A stretch of 64,000 nt of DNA from Acutalibacteraceae bacterium. Its GTDB lineage: Bacteria; Bacillota; Clostridia; Oscillospirales; Acutalibacteraceae. Below, one piece after another: positions 9,068 to 17,809 of this stretch. Under the pieces are notes generated by a model. It saw only the letters and a program-made list of their open reading frames with translations, was not told the DNA's origin and made no database searches. The position numbers and the translations under genes were made by a program. The stretch lies in assembly GCA_045535505.1 (NCBI GenBank), contig JAZSLU010000032.1, forward strand, positions 2,966 to 66,965, given 5' to 3'. The number at the start of each line of letters is the position of its first letter. Position 1 is the first letter of the stretch.

Positions 9068-10192
9068 GTGCGCAAATTTTTAAAGTTGATAGTTTTTTGT
9101 ATTATTATGTCATTTTTGATGTGCACCTTGTGCAGTTGTTATGATGCGATGGATATAAACAAAAAGCATATAGTAACGGCGGTTATTCTTGATTATAAGG
9201 ACCAAAAGGTGCAATTTAACGTTGAAATTGCCGATATTGAAGGCAGTGATTCTGACAGTGGTGAAGACAAATATAAATACGTAACTGGTGTTGGCACAAC
9301 GATTATGGAAAGCAGACAGCAACTTGACCGAAACCTTGACAGGCAGTTATATTTGAGCGCTATAAGAGCTATCATTTTTACTGAAGATTTTATTAACGAA
9401 TATTTAATTGAATATCTTAACCGACTGCGTGCATCAGAACAGTATAATAAAAAGGTGATTATTGTAACCACATCTTGTGAGCCGAGTGAGCTGATTGAAA
9501 CTTGTAAAGAAAACAAGATGTCTGTAGGATTTTCTACCGAAGAGATGTTAACAACTTTAAAAAAACAAGGTGAAAGTTTTTCAAGAACAACACAAGAGGT
9601 AATTGAAAAGCTATCAAATGACCATGCGGCTATGTTGTTGCCGTGTATTGGTGTAAAGGACAAAACAAATACATTGCTTGGATATACGGTCATTGATAAG
9701 AATAAAGTGAAAGGTTTTATAGATGCGCAAAAAGCCAATGGTGCAGTTTTGTTTAACAGAGAAAAAGCCGAAAGTCAATACCTTGTTGAGTATAACGGAC
9801 AAGACCTATCTGTTGAGGGTAAAATAAAACATTGCAAAATTAAGCCTCTATATAGTGACGGTAAAATTAAATTTAAAGTAGATTGCCAGATGAAAGCCAC
9901 ATTGCTTTACGGGGACAGTCGTCCGCCATACACGTTTTCACGCAGTGATTATGAAAAAATTGAACGGATGTTAAAACAAGATGTTAAAAAGCAGATTGAA
10001 CAAACTGTAAAAAAAGCACAGACCGAACACGGCTGCGATTATTTGTATTTTGATGATGCTTTTAGAATAAAATATCCAAAAGTGTTTGATACGCTTGATT
10101 GGACAAAAGAATTTAAAACGGCAAACGTTGATGTTGATGTAAAAATTGACCTTGACAGTATATGGTTGATGGATTATGAAGAAAAAAATTAA
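9068..10192 (+). CDS. Spore germination receptor C subunit (Ger(x)C lipoprotein)
   Basis: 374 aa with a GTG start. The signal/lipobox is MSFLMCTLCSC. Size and position match the GerAC family. Confidence 0.75.
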   Translation: MRKFLKLIVFCIIMSFLMCTLCSCYDAMDINKKHIVTAVILDYKDQKVQFNVEIADIEGSDSDSGEDKYKYVTGVGTTIMESRQQLDRNLDRQLYLSAIRAIIFTEDFINEYLIEYLNRLRASEQYNKKVIIVTTSCEPSELIETCKENKMSVGFSTEEMLTTLKKQGESFSRTTQEVIEKLSNDHAAMLLPCIGVKDKTNTLLGYTVIDKNKVKGFIDAQKANGAVLFNREKAESQYLVEYNGQDLSVEGKIKHCKIKPLYSDGKIKFKVDCQMKATLLYGDSRPPYTFSRSDYEKIERMLKQDVKKQIEQTVKKAQTEHGCDYLYFDDAFRIKYPKVFDTLDWTKEFKTANVDVDVKIDLDSIWLMDYEEKN

Positions 10193-10211
10193 GGAGGTGA
10201 AATAAAAAACC

Positions 10212-11651
10212 ATGGGCAAATTTAACAACTTTTATGATTTTACAAAAGCGTTGGAAGAACAAAGCAGAGGATATAAATACAGAACAATAAGTTTTAGTGA
10301 CGGTGTTTTAAAAGTGTTTTGTATTTTACAATTAACCGACAGAGATATGCTTACCGAGAGTGTTATTAAACCGCTTGTTTTGCATTGCAAAGAAAACTCA
10401 ATCAATGCTCGTATTGCGGCGCAAAGCGTTCTTTTTGCCGACGACTTTACCATTGAAAAGGACAAAGCTCAAATTAACACGCACATTCTTAACGGAATGG
10501 TGGTTATTTTGTTTTCCAACGATGACGAATATATTGTGCTGAACCTTAAAAAAGTTCAGCACAGAAGTGTGTCGACACCGCAACTTGAATATACAATGCG
10601 CGGACCGCAAGACTGTTTTACCGAAAATCTTGACGTTAATCTTTCACTTGTGAGGTACAGACTTAAAGACAAAAACGCAAAGTATGAGTTTTTTGAGGTT
10701 GGTAAACGAACAAAAACAAGGGTGGCGGTTATATATTGCGCGGACATTGCAAACGATAATGTTGTTTGTGAGGTAAAAAAACGCATAAAAGAAATTGATA
10801 TTGACGGTATTGAAGATTCGGGTGATTTACAGGCTTTTCTTGCTAATAACAAATATCAGCTTTTCCCCAATACGGGTCTTGTTGAACGCTCAGACCTTTC
10901 TTGCCAGAGTATAGTTGAGGGCAAGGTTTTAATAATGGTTGACGGCAGCCCCATTGCGCTTATCGCACCTAAAGTTTTTGTTGAGTTCTTGCAGTCGAGC
11001 GATGATAGATATGACAATAAATTTTTTGGTGTTATGTCAAGAATGTTAAGATATATTGCCGTGTTGCTTTCTTTTATGTCAACAAGCATTCTGGTTGCAA
11101 TAACGGCTTTTCATACCGATGTTTTGCCCAGCAGTTATGCAATTCTTCTGTCTCAAATGAGGGTTAAAGTGCCGTTTGGCGCACTCGTTTCGGGGTTAAT
11201 TGTTGAAATAATACTTGAACTGTTAAGGGAAGCACTTATACGAATTCCAAAACAGATTGGTACGGCTATTGGTATTGTGGGTGCTATTGTTATTGGTGAG
11301 GCGGCAATTTCTGCTGGTTTATTTAGTCAGTTGATGCTTATTGTCGGCTCGGTTTCGCTTCTTTCATCTTTTGTTATACCTGACTATTCTTTAATAAACG
11401 CCTTTCGAATTTTAAAATTTATGCTGATAATTTCAACCGGTATGTTGGGCTTTTTGGGGTTTACGGTATTTGTACTTGTGGTGCTAATGCAACTTGTATC
11501 TCATGACAGTTTTTCGGTACCCTATATGGCTCCTGCGGCACCGTTTAATCTTTATGATTTTGTGAGAGCTATAATTAATAACACAACAATTTCGCCCAAA
11601 AGACCTAATTATTTAAGAACACAAGACAATATTCGTGCTAAACTAAAATAA
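10212..11651 (+). CDS. Spore germination receptor A subunit (GerAA/GerKA family)
   Basis: 479 aa. A soluble N-terminal domain is followed by a C-terminal block of TM helices, typical of the GerA family. GGAGGTGA lies upstream. Confidence 0.8.
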   Translation: MGKFNNFYDFTKALEEQSRGYKYRTISFSDGVLKVFCILQLTDRDMLTESVIKPLVLHCKENSINARIAAQSVLFADDFTIEKDKAQINTHILNGMVVILFSNDDEYIVLNLKKVQHRSVSTPQLEYTMRGPQDCFTENLDVNLSLVRYRLKDKNAKYEFFEVGKRTKTRVAVIYCADIANDNVVCEVKKRIKEIDIDGIEDSGDLQAFLANNKYQLFPNTGLVERSDLSCQSIVEGKVLIMVDGSPIALIAPKVFVEFLQSSDDRYDNKFFGVMSRMLRYIAVLLSFMSTSILVAITAFHTDVLPSSYAILLSQMRVKVPFGALVSGLIVEIILELLREALIRIPKQIGTAIGIVGAIVIGEAAISAGLFSQLMLIVGSVSLLSSFVIPDYSLINAFRILKFMLIISTGMLGFLGFTVFVLVVLMQLVSHDSFSVPYMAPAAPFNLYDFVRAIINNTTISPKRPNYLRTQDNIRAKLK

Positions 11652-11689
11652 AAAGAGCGGAAAGCATTTTAAAATGCTTTCCGCTTTTA
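11652..11689. terminator. Bidirectional terminator between the ger operon and a convergent small gene
   Basis: 15-bp stem AGCGGAAAGCATTTT / AAAATGCTTTCCGCT (11656-11685) with flanking A and T runs. Confidence 0.75.
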
Positions 11690-11893
11690 AAGTTTAAAAT
11701 CGTCAGGACTGTAGTTTTTTGAAATTTCAGTTCTGATGGGTTTGCGCTTTAATATGTCATATTTAAATTTGCGGCATTTATCATAAGCGGAGACAACACC
11801 GCGGTAGGAACAATAAATTTCATTATCACCGTCACTTTTTATTCCATAAACGCAGTAGCAACAAAATTTATAGTCTTTATTAAAAAAACCCAT
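11687..11893 (-). CDS. Small cysteine-rich hypothetical protein (68 aa)
   Basis: ORF-track protein MGFFNKDYKFCCYCVYG...CSYRG...DKCRKF. The cysteine pattern resembles a zinc ribbon. A weak AAGGA lies upstream. I recognise no family. Confidence 0.45.
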   Translation of the reverse strand: MGFFNKDYKFCCYCVYGIKSDGDNEIYCSYRGVVSAYDKCRKFKYDILKRKPIRTEISKNYSPDDFKL

Positions 11894-11932
11894 AGTTTTT
11901 CAGTCCTTAAAATTAATTACATAACAAGTATA

Positions 11933-13000
11933 TCACACTTTGGCAAATTTTCCAAGTGTGTTTTTTGGGCAGGAAAAAAGGAATATGATGCAGGTTATAA
12001 TTAAGGCTATTGAGCAGGGCAGAGATGCAGCTGTACCCGAATAAACAGGTGATTTTGTTATATTGGCTACGCTTACAGAGATGTTGAATATTTTTACAAA
12101 AAGTTCGCTGATTCCGGCAAGGAGCAATCCGTGAAGAATTCTTATTAAAACGAATTTTAGGTAGTTTGGCATTAATTTTTTGCAAAGTGACATAACCTGA
12201 GCATGAACGCAAAAGCCGCACCAACCTAAAATAAGCGCAACTATAAAGATGTTATTTCTGAAATAAATGGTTGCGGTTGTAACCTCGCTTAGAGCGGTGA
12301 ACATAATTTGCAATTTTTGACCTAAAAAAGTGGTGATTACTGCCTCAAAAGCTGAAAACAAAACAACAAAAGAACAAACGCTTATAACCGAAGCACAAGC
12401 GTCGCTTACCGATTGTACAAAGGCATCTGTATAAGAAAGTGTGCTGGTATTTGTGCGTTGTGTTACGGTATCGTTTGAGCGAAAAATTATATTGATTATT
12501 ATGCAAGAGATAACGTTTGCAGCCAGTAGTACATAACCGATTTTTTGACTATTTAGAATGCCTTTGCCAACCGCTAACACTATAAAGGCGGGACCAGGAT
12601 TAACACAGCAACATATTAAGTTTTGCGCTTGTTTTTTTGAAATTTGGTTTTGCTCGTACAGTAAATGTGTGAGCTTTGCGCCGACGGGGTATCCTGATAG
12701 CATTGAAAGCAGTACAACACAGGTGGCATTGCCGTTAATTCCAAACATTACTTTGCCTACAGGAGCAAGAATTTTACCTAAAAGATTTGAAATTTGCGAA
12801 CGCATTATAAAGGTAGAAATTACACAAAAAGGGAAGAGCGTAGGAATTAATATATTTGCGCAAAGATGCAAACCTTTTAGTGCACCGTTAATGCTTTCGC
12901 TTGAGGCGGTTAAAAACAAAGTCGCAGCCACAAGGCACAATACGGCTAAGAAAACCGTTTTTATCTTCTTGTTGGTGATTATACAAGCTTTGTGTTTCAT
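11933..13000 (-). CDS. ylbJ: Sporulation integral membrane protein YlbJ-like (nucleoside-recognition/Gate domain)
   Basis: 355 aa polytopic protein. The N-terminal segment GLHLCANILIPTLFPFCVIS resembles the conserved YlbJ motif. There is no clear SD, so the start is uncertain. Confidence 0.65.
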   Translation of the reverse strand: MKHKACIITNKKIKTVFLAVLCLVAATLFLTASSESINGALKGLHLCANILIPTLFPFCVISTFIMRSQISNLLGKILAPVGKVMFGINGNATCVVLLSMLSGYPVGAKLTHLLYEQNQISKKQAQNLICCCVNPGPAFIVLAVGKGILNSQKIGYVLLAANVISCIIINIIFRSNDTVTQRTNTSTLSYTDAFVQSVSDACASVISVCSFVVLFSAFEAVITTFLGQKLQIMFTALSEVTTATIYFRNNIFIVALILGWCGFCVHAQVMSLCKKLMPNYLKFVLIRILHGLLLAGISELFVKIFNISVSVANITKSPVYSGTAASLPCSIALIITCIIFLFSCPKNTLGKFAKV

Positions 13001-13036
13001 ATTGATAATATATGAGACGAGGTAGGTTTTATATGT

Positions 13037-13273
13037 ATGAGCAATAAAAATAAAATGTATATTGGTATGGATTTGATGATAGAAATTGTGTCTAATAGAG
13101 AAATGACTGTCGATGGTTGCAAAGGGGTTGCCGAGTATGATGAAAACTATATTAAACTTAATGCCAAAAAAGGAACGGTGACGGTTTTTGGAGTAAATTT
13201 AGAAATTAAAAGTTTTACCGAAGCGGCGCTTTTTATTGTTGGCAAAATTGAACGCATTGAATTTTGTATGTAA
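13037..13273 (+). CDS. yqfC: Sporulation protein YqfC (YabP family)
   Basis: 78 aa with GAGGTAGG upstream. It sits directly upstream of a YqfD-like gene and phoH-ybeY-era-recO, the same order as the B. subtilis yqfC-yqfD-phoH locus. Confidence 0.7.
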   Translation: MSNKNKMYIGMDLMIEIVSNREMTVDGCKGVAEYDENYIKLNAKKGTVTVFGVNLEIKSFTEAALFIVGKIERIEFCM

Positions 13274-13285
13274 AGGAGAGAATTT

Positions 13286-14455
13286 ATGCTTTGGCTTTAC
13301 AGGTTTTTTTGCGGGTATATTACGATAGCAATTAAGGGCAATTATAGCGAACGACTTATAAACACTCTTGCAAAAAGCGGCATTTCGGTATGGCATATTA
13401 AAAGAAAGAAGAATTATATTCAAGCTTCAATTTTTGCTCACGATTTTAAACGACTTGCTTCTTTAAAGGGCAAAAGCGGTGTTAAAATTCATATTTTGAG
13501 CAAGACGGGGTTACCTTTTGTAATTAATAAATACAAACACCGTCCCGGTCTTTTTGCTGGAGCGGCATTATTTATTGTTTTAATTTTTGTGTTGTCGAGC
13601 TATGTTTGGAACATAAAGGTTGAAGGCAATAAAGCCGTGTCTGAGCAAACTGTAATTGAGGCGTGTAAGCGCATTGGAATAAAAGAAGGAACCAAAACAA
13701 AAGATGTTGACCCCCAAAATGCAAGGGTTGAGTTGTTGCTTGAAATGAAAGGGTTGACTTGGGCATCTATAAATGTTGAGGGGAGTTGCGTTACTGTAAA
13801 TGTAAGAGAATATGAGGAAAAACAAAAGGATGACGATGCGCCTTGTAATTTAAAATCGGCTGTATCGGGCGTTGTTATATCAACCAAGGTTACTAAAGGT
13901 GATGTTTGTGTAAAACCCGGTGATACCGTTACGAAAGACCAATTGTTAGTAAGTGGCGCAGTTGCCCATGCCGACGGTACAACTCAGTTTGTAAAAAGTC
14001 AAGGCGAAATAATTGTTGAAACGACCCGCACTTTTGTGCAAAAAATTAATTTTGAACAAGAACAGTGCATTAGAAACGGCAAGGTAAAAACCTTAAGTGT
14101 TATAAACTTTTTCGGACATAAAATTCCTTTGTTTTTAGGCGAGATTAAGGGGGATTATGAAAAAGAAAATAAAATTTGTAAATTGAGCGCAGGGGCAAAT
14201 TATGCTCCAATATATCTTGAAAAAGCAAATTTTTATATGATCAAGACAGACCGTTATAGATTAAGTGTTGAACAAGCGATTGAGAAGGCGCAAAAAAGTA
14301 TAGAAAACGAAGTGTTAAGCATTGATGGGTTTTCTGTGGTGTCACACAAAGATGAAATTTTACAAAACGAAGACGGAATTGAACTTAAAAGGGAATATAT
14401 TTGCAGAGAAAATGCTGCAAAATCTGAGATTTTGTTGATTGATACTTTTAATTGA
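13286..14455 (+). CDS. yqfD: Sporulation protein YqfD
   Basis: 389 aa with a central TM segment (FAGAALFIVLIFVLSSYVW). The call rests on synteny and size. Confidence 0.75.
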   Translation: MLWLYRFFCGYITIAIKGNYSERLINTLAKSGISVWHIKRKKNYIQASIFAHDFKRLASLKGKSGVKIHILSKTGLPFVINKYKHRPGLFAGAALFIVLIFVLSSYVWNIKVEGNKAVSEQTVIEACKRIGIKEGTKTKDVDPQNARVELLLEMKGLTWASINVEGSCVTVNVREYEEKQKDDDAPCNLKSAVSGVVISTKVTKGDVCVKPGDTVTKDQLLVSGAVAHADGTTQFVKSQGEIIVETTRTFVQKINFEQEQCIRNGKVKTLSVINFFGHKIPLFLGEIKGDYEKENKICKLSAGANYAPIYLEKANFYMIKTDRYRLSVEQAIEKAQKSIENEVLSIDGFSVVSHKDEILQNEDGIELKREYICRENAAKSEILLIDTFN

Positions 14456-14486
14456 GAAATTGTTATGGTATAATAATTTTAAGTTT

Positions 14487-15494
14487 ATGTGCAAGGATGG
14501 TAAAAAGGTGTTTGAACAGATAATTGATATTGATAATGTTGACCACATTTCAAGTCTTTTTGGAAATTTTGACGAAAACGTAAGGATGGTTGAACAGCAT
14601 TATTCTGTTAATGTTACATCTCAAAGCGGGAATATAAAGGTTTGTGGTGAACAAGCCAATGTTATAAGTGCTGCAAGAACTCTTGACGGTATGCTGATGC
14701 TTATTAAAAAAGGGGATGCACTTACAGCACAAAATATTGAATATGTTATGTCATTGGTTGATAACGGTGAAGACCAACAAATTTCAAAACTTGCTGATGC
14801 CAACTGTATTTGCATAACGTCAAAGGGCAGACCTGTTAAAGCCAAAACCATAGGCCAACAAAAATATATTGATGCCATAAAAAACAACACAATAACCATC
14901 GGTGTCGGTCCTGCGGGTACAGGTAAAACCTATCTTGCGGTTGCATTGGCGGCAAACGAGTTTCGGGCAAAAAGGGTAAGCCGTATTATTTTGACACGCC
15001 CTGCTGTCGAAGCGGGTGAAAAATTGGGCTTTTTGCCGGGTGACTTACAGCAAAAGGTTGACCCTTATTTGAGACCGCTTTATGATGCGCTTGTTGAAAT
15101 GATGGGTATGGAAAATTTTCATAGATGTCAAGAACGCGGTGATATTGAGGTTGCGCCTTTGGCTTATATGCGAGGCAGAACGCTCGACGACAGCTTTATA
15201 ATTCTTGACGAGGCTCAAAACACCACAAGTGAGCAAATGAAAATGTTTTTAACACGTCTTGGTTTCAACTCGCGCGCGGTTGTTACGGGCGATGTAACCC
15301 AAATTGACCTGCCTGACGGTAAAAAATCAGGCCTAAAAGAAGCGGTTAACGTTTTGAAAAATATTGAAGACATTGCAATAATAAGGCTTAACGACCGTGA
15401 CGTTGTGCGACACCGCCTTGTGCAGAGAATTATTAATGCGTATAACAATTATAAGGACAAAAAGGAAAACAATTATGCAAAAAATAAAGGTTAA
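14487..15494 (+). CDS. phoH: PhoH-like ATPase
   Basis: Walker A GPAGTGKTYLAVA and FIILDEAQN. The ORF is open from 14439. The likely start is ATG 14487 or GTG 14508 (the latter has AAGGATGG 7 nt upstream). Confidence 0.9.
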   Translation: MCKDGKKVFEQIIDIDNVDHISSLFGNFDENVRMVEQHYSVNVTSQSGNIKVCGEQANVISAARTLDGMLMLIKKGDALTAQNIEYVMSLVDNGEDQQISKLADANCICITSKGRPVKAKTIGQQKYIDAIKNNTITIGVGPAGTGKTYLAVALAANEFRAKRVSRIILTRPAVEAGEKLGFLPGDLQQKVDPYLRPLYDALVEMMGMENFHRCQERGDIEVAPLAYMRGRTLDDSFIILDEAQNTTSEQMKMFLTRLGFNSRAVVTGDVTQIDLPDGKKSGLKEAVNVLKNIEDIAIIRLNDRDVVRHRLVQRIINAYNNYKDKKENNYAKNKG

Positions 15495-15948
15495 TTTTGA
15501 GGTTGCCAATGGCATAAAATTGCCTTTTGGCACAAAAAAGCTTATCAAACGTTCTTGCGCGGCATCGCTTAAAAGTGAAGATTTTTTAGAGAACGCTGAA
15601 ATTAACGTAAGTGTGGTTGATGCAAACACAATAAAAGAAATCAACAACCAGCACAGAAATATTGATAAGGTTACCGATGTTTTAAGTTTCCCGCTGTCTG
15701 ATAACGGTGTTTTTGATTTAAACCCCGAAAACAACTGCTATTTGTTGGGCGACGTGGTGATTTGTTTTGAGAGAGCCGTAGAGCAGGCGATTGAGTTTGG
15801 TCATTCTCAAAAAAGAGAAATTTCTTTTTTGACGGTACATTCGATGTTGCATTTGCTTGGTTACGACCACGTGAACGGCCAACAAGAAGAAAAGCAGATG
15901 ATAGAAAAGCAAAAGCAGATTATGGCTGCGTTGGGTATAGAAAGATAA
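15475..15948 (+). CDS. ybeY: rRNA maturation endoribonuclease YbeY
   Basis: Metal-binding motif HSMLHLLGYDH. The ATG at 15475 (MQKIKVNFEV) overlaps the phoH 3' end. The upstream extension in the ORF track is probably not translated. Confidence 0.9.
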   Translation: MQKIKVNFEVANGIKLPFGTKKLIKRSCAASLKSEDFLENAEINVSVVDANTIKEINNQHRNIDKVTDVLSFPLSDNGVFDLNPENNCYLLGDVVICFERAVEQAIEFGHSQKREISFLTVHSMLHLLGYDHVNGQQEEKQMIEKQKQIMAALGIER

Positions 15949-15951
15949 AAA

Positions 15952-16890
15952 ATGGGTGAAATGATGAAAGCAAATAATACTACATCGGCGTTTATGACGA
16001 TAGTTGGACGTCCTAATGTTGGAAAGTCGTCTTTTATGAATGCTGTGCTTGGTTGCAAGGTTGCAATTGTTTCTGATAAACCACAGACCACACGCACACG
16101 CATAATGGGTGTTTATAATAAAGATGAGGCTCAACTTGTTTATATTGACACGCCTGGTTTTCACAAACCGGGAACAGAACTTGGCAAGGTGATGATGAAA
16201 GCTGTTAACAGCGGGTTGACCGCGGTTGACGGTGTTACTTTAATTGTTGACGCGATGCCCGGTTTTAAATATGATTGCGATAATCCGCCTGCGGCTGAGG
16301 TTGCTCTTATTAATGAAATTAAGAGCAAAAAACTTAAAGCCATTTTGGGTATTAATAAAATTGACCTTTTGGCTAAAAAGGACGAGCTGCTTAAAATTAT
16401 AATGATGTACTCAAACCTTTATGATTTTGAGGCGGTTGTTCCTTTTTCTGCCAAGACGGGCGATAATATTGACGCGCTTGTTGCAGAGCAGTTGAAATTT
16501 TGTAAACCCAGCGTACATTATTTTCCGCCCGATGAAATTACTGACCAACCTGAAAGGGTAATGGTTGCCGAAATTGTTAGAGAAAAACTTTTAAGATTGC
16601 TCAACAAAGAAGTTCCTCACGGTATTGCGGTTGACGTTGAAAAATTTGTTGAAAATGATACAAAAGATGGACCGTTGGTTAATATTGAAGCGGTTATTTA
16701 CTGCGAAAAAGACAGTCATAAAGGTATTATTATAGGCAAAAACGGTGGAATGTTAAAGCGTGTAGGAAGCTATGCACGCCAAGATTTAGAAGAATTTTTT
16801 GGCATAAAATGCTGCCTTAAACTTTGGGTTAAGGTTAAAGAAAATTGGCGAAATAGAGCAGGGTTAATTCACACATTCGGTCTTGACTGA
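15952..16890 (+). CDS. era: GTPase Era
   Basis: GRPNVGKSS, DTPG and NKID motifs plus a C-terminal KH domain. The start could also be 15961 or 15964. Confidence 0.95.
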   Translation: MGEMMKANNTTSAFMTIVGRPNVGKSSFMNAVLGCKVAIVSDKPQTTRTRIMGVYNKDEAQLVYIDTPGFHKPGTELGKVMMKAVNSGLTAVDGVTLIVDAMPGFKYDCDNPPAAEVALINEIKSKKLKAILGINKIDLLAKKDELLKIIMMYSNLYDFEAVVPFSAKTGDNIDALVAEQLKFCKPSVHYFPPDEITDQPERVMVAEIVREKLLRLLNKEVPHGIAVDVEKFVENDTKDGPLVNIEAVIYCEKDSHKGIIIGKNGGMLKRVGSYARQDLEEFFGIKCCLKLWVKVKENWRNRAGLIHTFGLD

Positions 16891-16945
16891 TTTTTCCTAT
16901 AATATGTTATATCTTGCAGTTTAAAATAACTGTAGGTGATATATA

Positions 16946-17119
16946 ATGAAAAATAACTGTGTGGCTTGGAACGCTTTTTGTAAAGATGGAAGCGTTGCGA
17001 CATATTTACTTTATAAAGCGTGTAGTAACAAAAACGGATGTGACGGTAACGGTGGATATAAAAACCAAAGTGAACACAAAGGGCTTGGTTATACGTCAAA
17101 CCAACGTGGGCGACTATGA
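16946..17119 (+). CDS. yqzL: Unannotated 57-aa YqzL-like mini-protein between era and recO
   Basis: Hand translation gives MKNNCVAWNAFCKDGSVATYLLYKACSNKNGCDGNGGYKNQSEHKGLGYTSNQRGRL, with TGA at 17117-17119. TAGGTGA (16933-16939) lies 6 nt before the ATG. The core W-x-x-F-x-x-x-G-x-x-x-x-YLLYK and the era-yqzL-recO position match my memory of the B. subtilis YqzL family. The 3' end overlaps the recO frame. Confidence 0.5.
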   Translation: MKNNCVAWNAFCKDGSVATYLLYKACSNKNGCDGNGGYKNQSEHKGLGYTSNQRGRL

Positions 17120-17801
17120 CCGTGCGGTTTCTATATTGACACATAAGCAAGGCATAATTTCTGCTTTTGCCAATGGCGCCAGACGCCTAAAAAGCAGAAA
17201 AATGTCTTCTACGGGTCTGTTAAGCTATGCTGAGTTTTCACTGTCTAAAAATAAAGATACATATAAAATTGATGAAGCGGAGCCTATAACCATTTTTTAT
17301 GGTTTGCGTTCAGATATTGAGGCGCTGTCATTGGCGGAATATTTTTGTGAGTTGTGCCAAACTTTTATTGAAGAAGATTATACAACCGACGATTATCTTC
17401 CGCTTATTTTAAACTCACTTGCTTTTTTGGAGAACAAAAAACGACCGAGCAGACTTATTAAAGCGGTTACCGAGTTGCGCCTTTTGTGTGCTGCGGGATA
17501 TATGCCTGATTTGAGCGGTTGTGAGTGTCAGAATAGCATGCATCATAAATTTGACATTCAAAACGGTATTTTGTGTTGTAATGAATGTGTTGATGAAAAC
17601 ACAACAAAAGTTATAACCCTAAATAACTCGGTTGTAGCGGCAATGAGGTTTATAACATCTTGTCCTTTTGAAAAAATTTATAATTTTACTTTGCCCGATA
17701 ACGATTTAGAACTGCTTGTTTATGCATGTGAACAATATGTTATTGAAAGAGCAGAAAAAAATTTAAGAACCTTGCAATTTTATAACAGTATAAGGATTTG
17801 A
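17070..17801 (+). CDS. recO: DNA repair protein RecO
   Basis: The N-terminus NTKGLVIRQTNVGDYDR is the usual RecO OB-fold start, and a Cys-rich zinc motif (CECQ...CCNEC) is present. The frame is open from 16959. The start is uncertain: GTG 17070 is preferred by homology logic, and ATG 16986 is possible. Confidence 0.8.
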   Translation: MNTKGLVIRQTNVGDYDRAVSILTHKQGIISAFANGARRLKSRKMSSTGLLSYAEFSLSKNKDTYKIDEAEPITIFYGLRSDIEALSLAEYFCELCQTFIEEDYTTDDYLPLILNSLAFLENKKRPSRLIKAVTELRLLCAAGYMPDLSGCECQNSMHHKFDIQNGILCCNECVDENTTKVITLNNSVVAAMRFITSCPFEKIYNFTLPDNDLELLVYACEQYVIERAEKNLRTLQFYNSIRI

Positions 17802-17809
17802 AATGCTGT

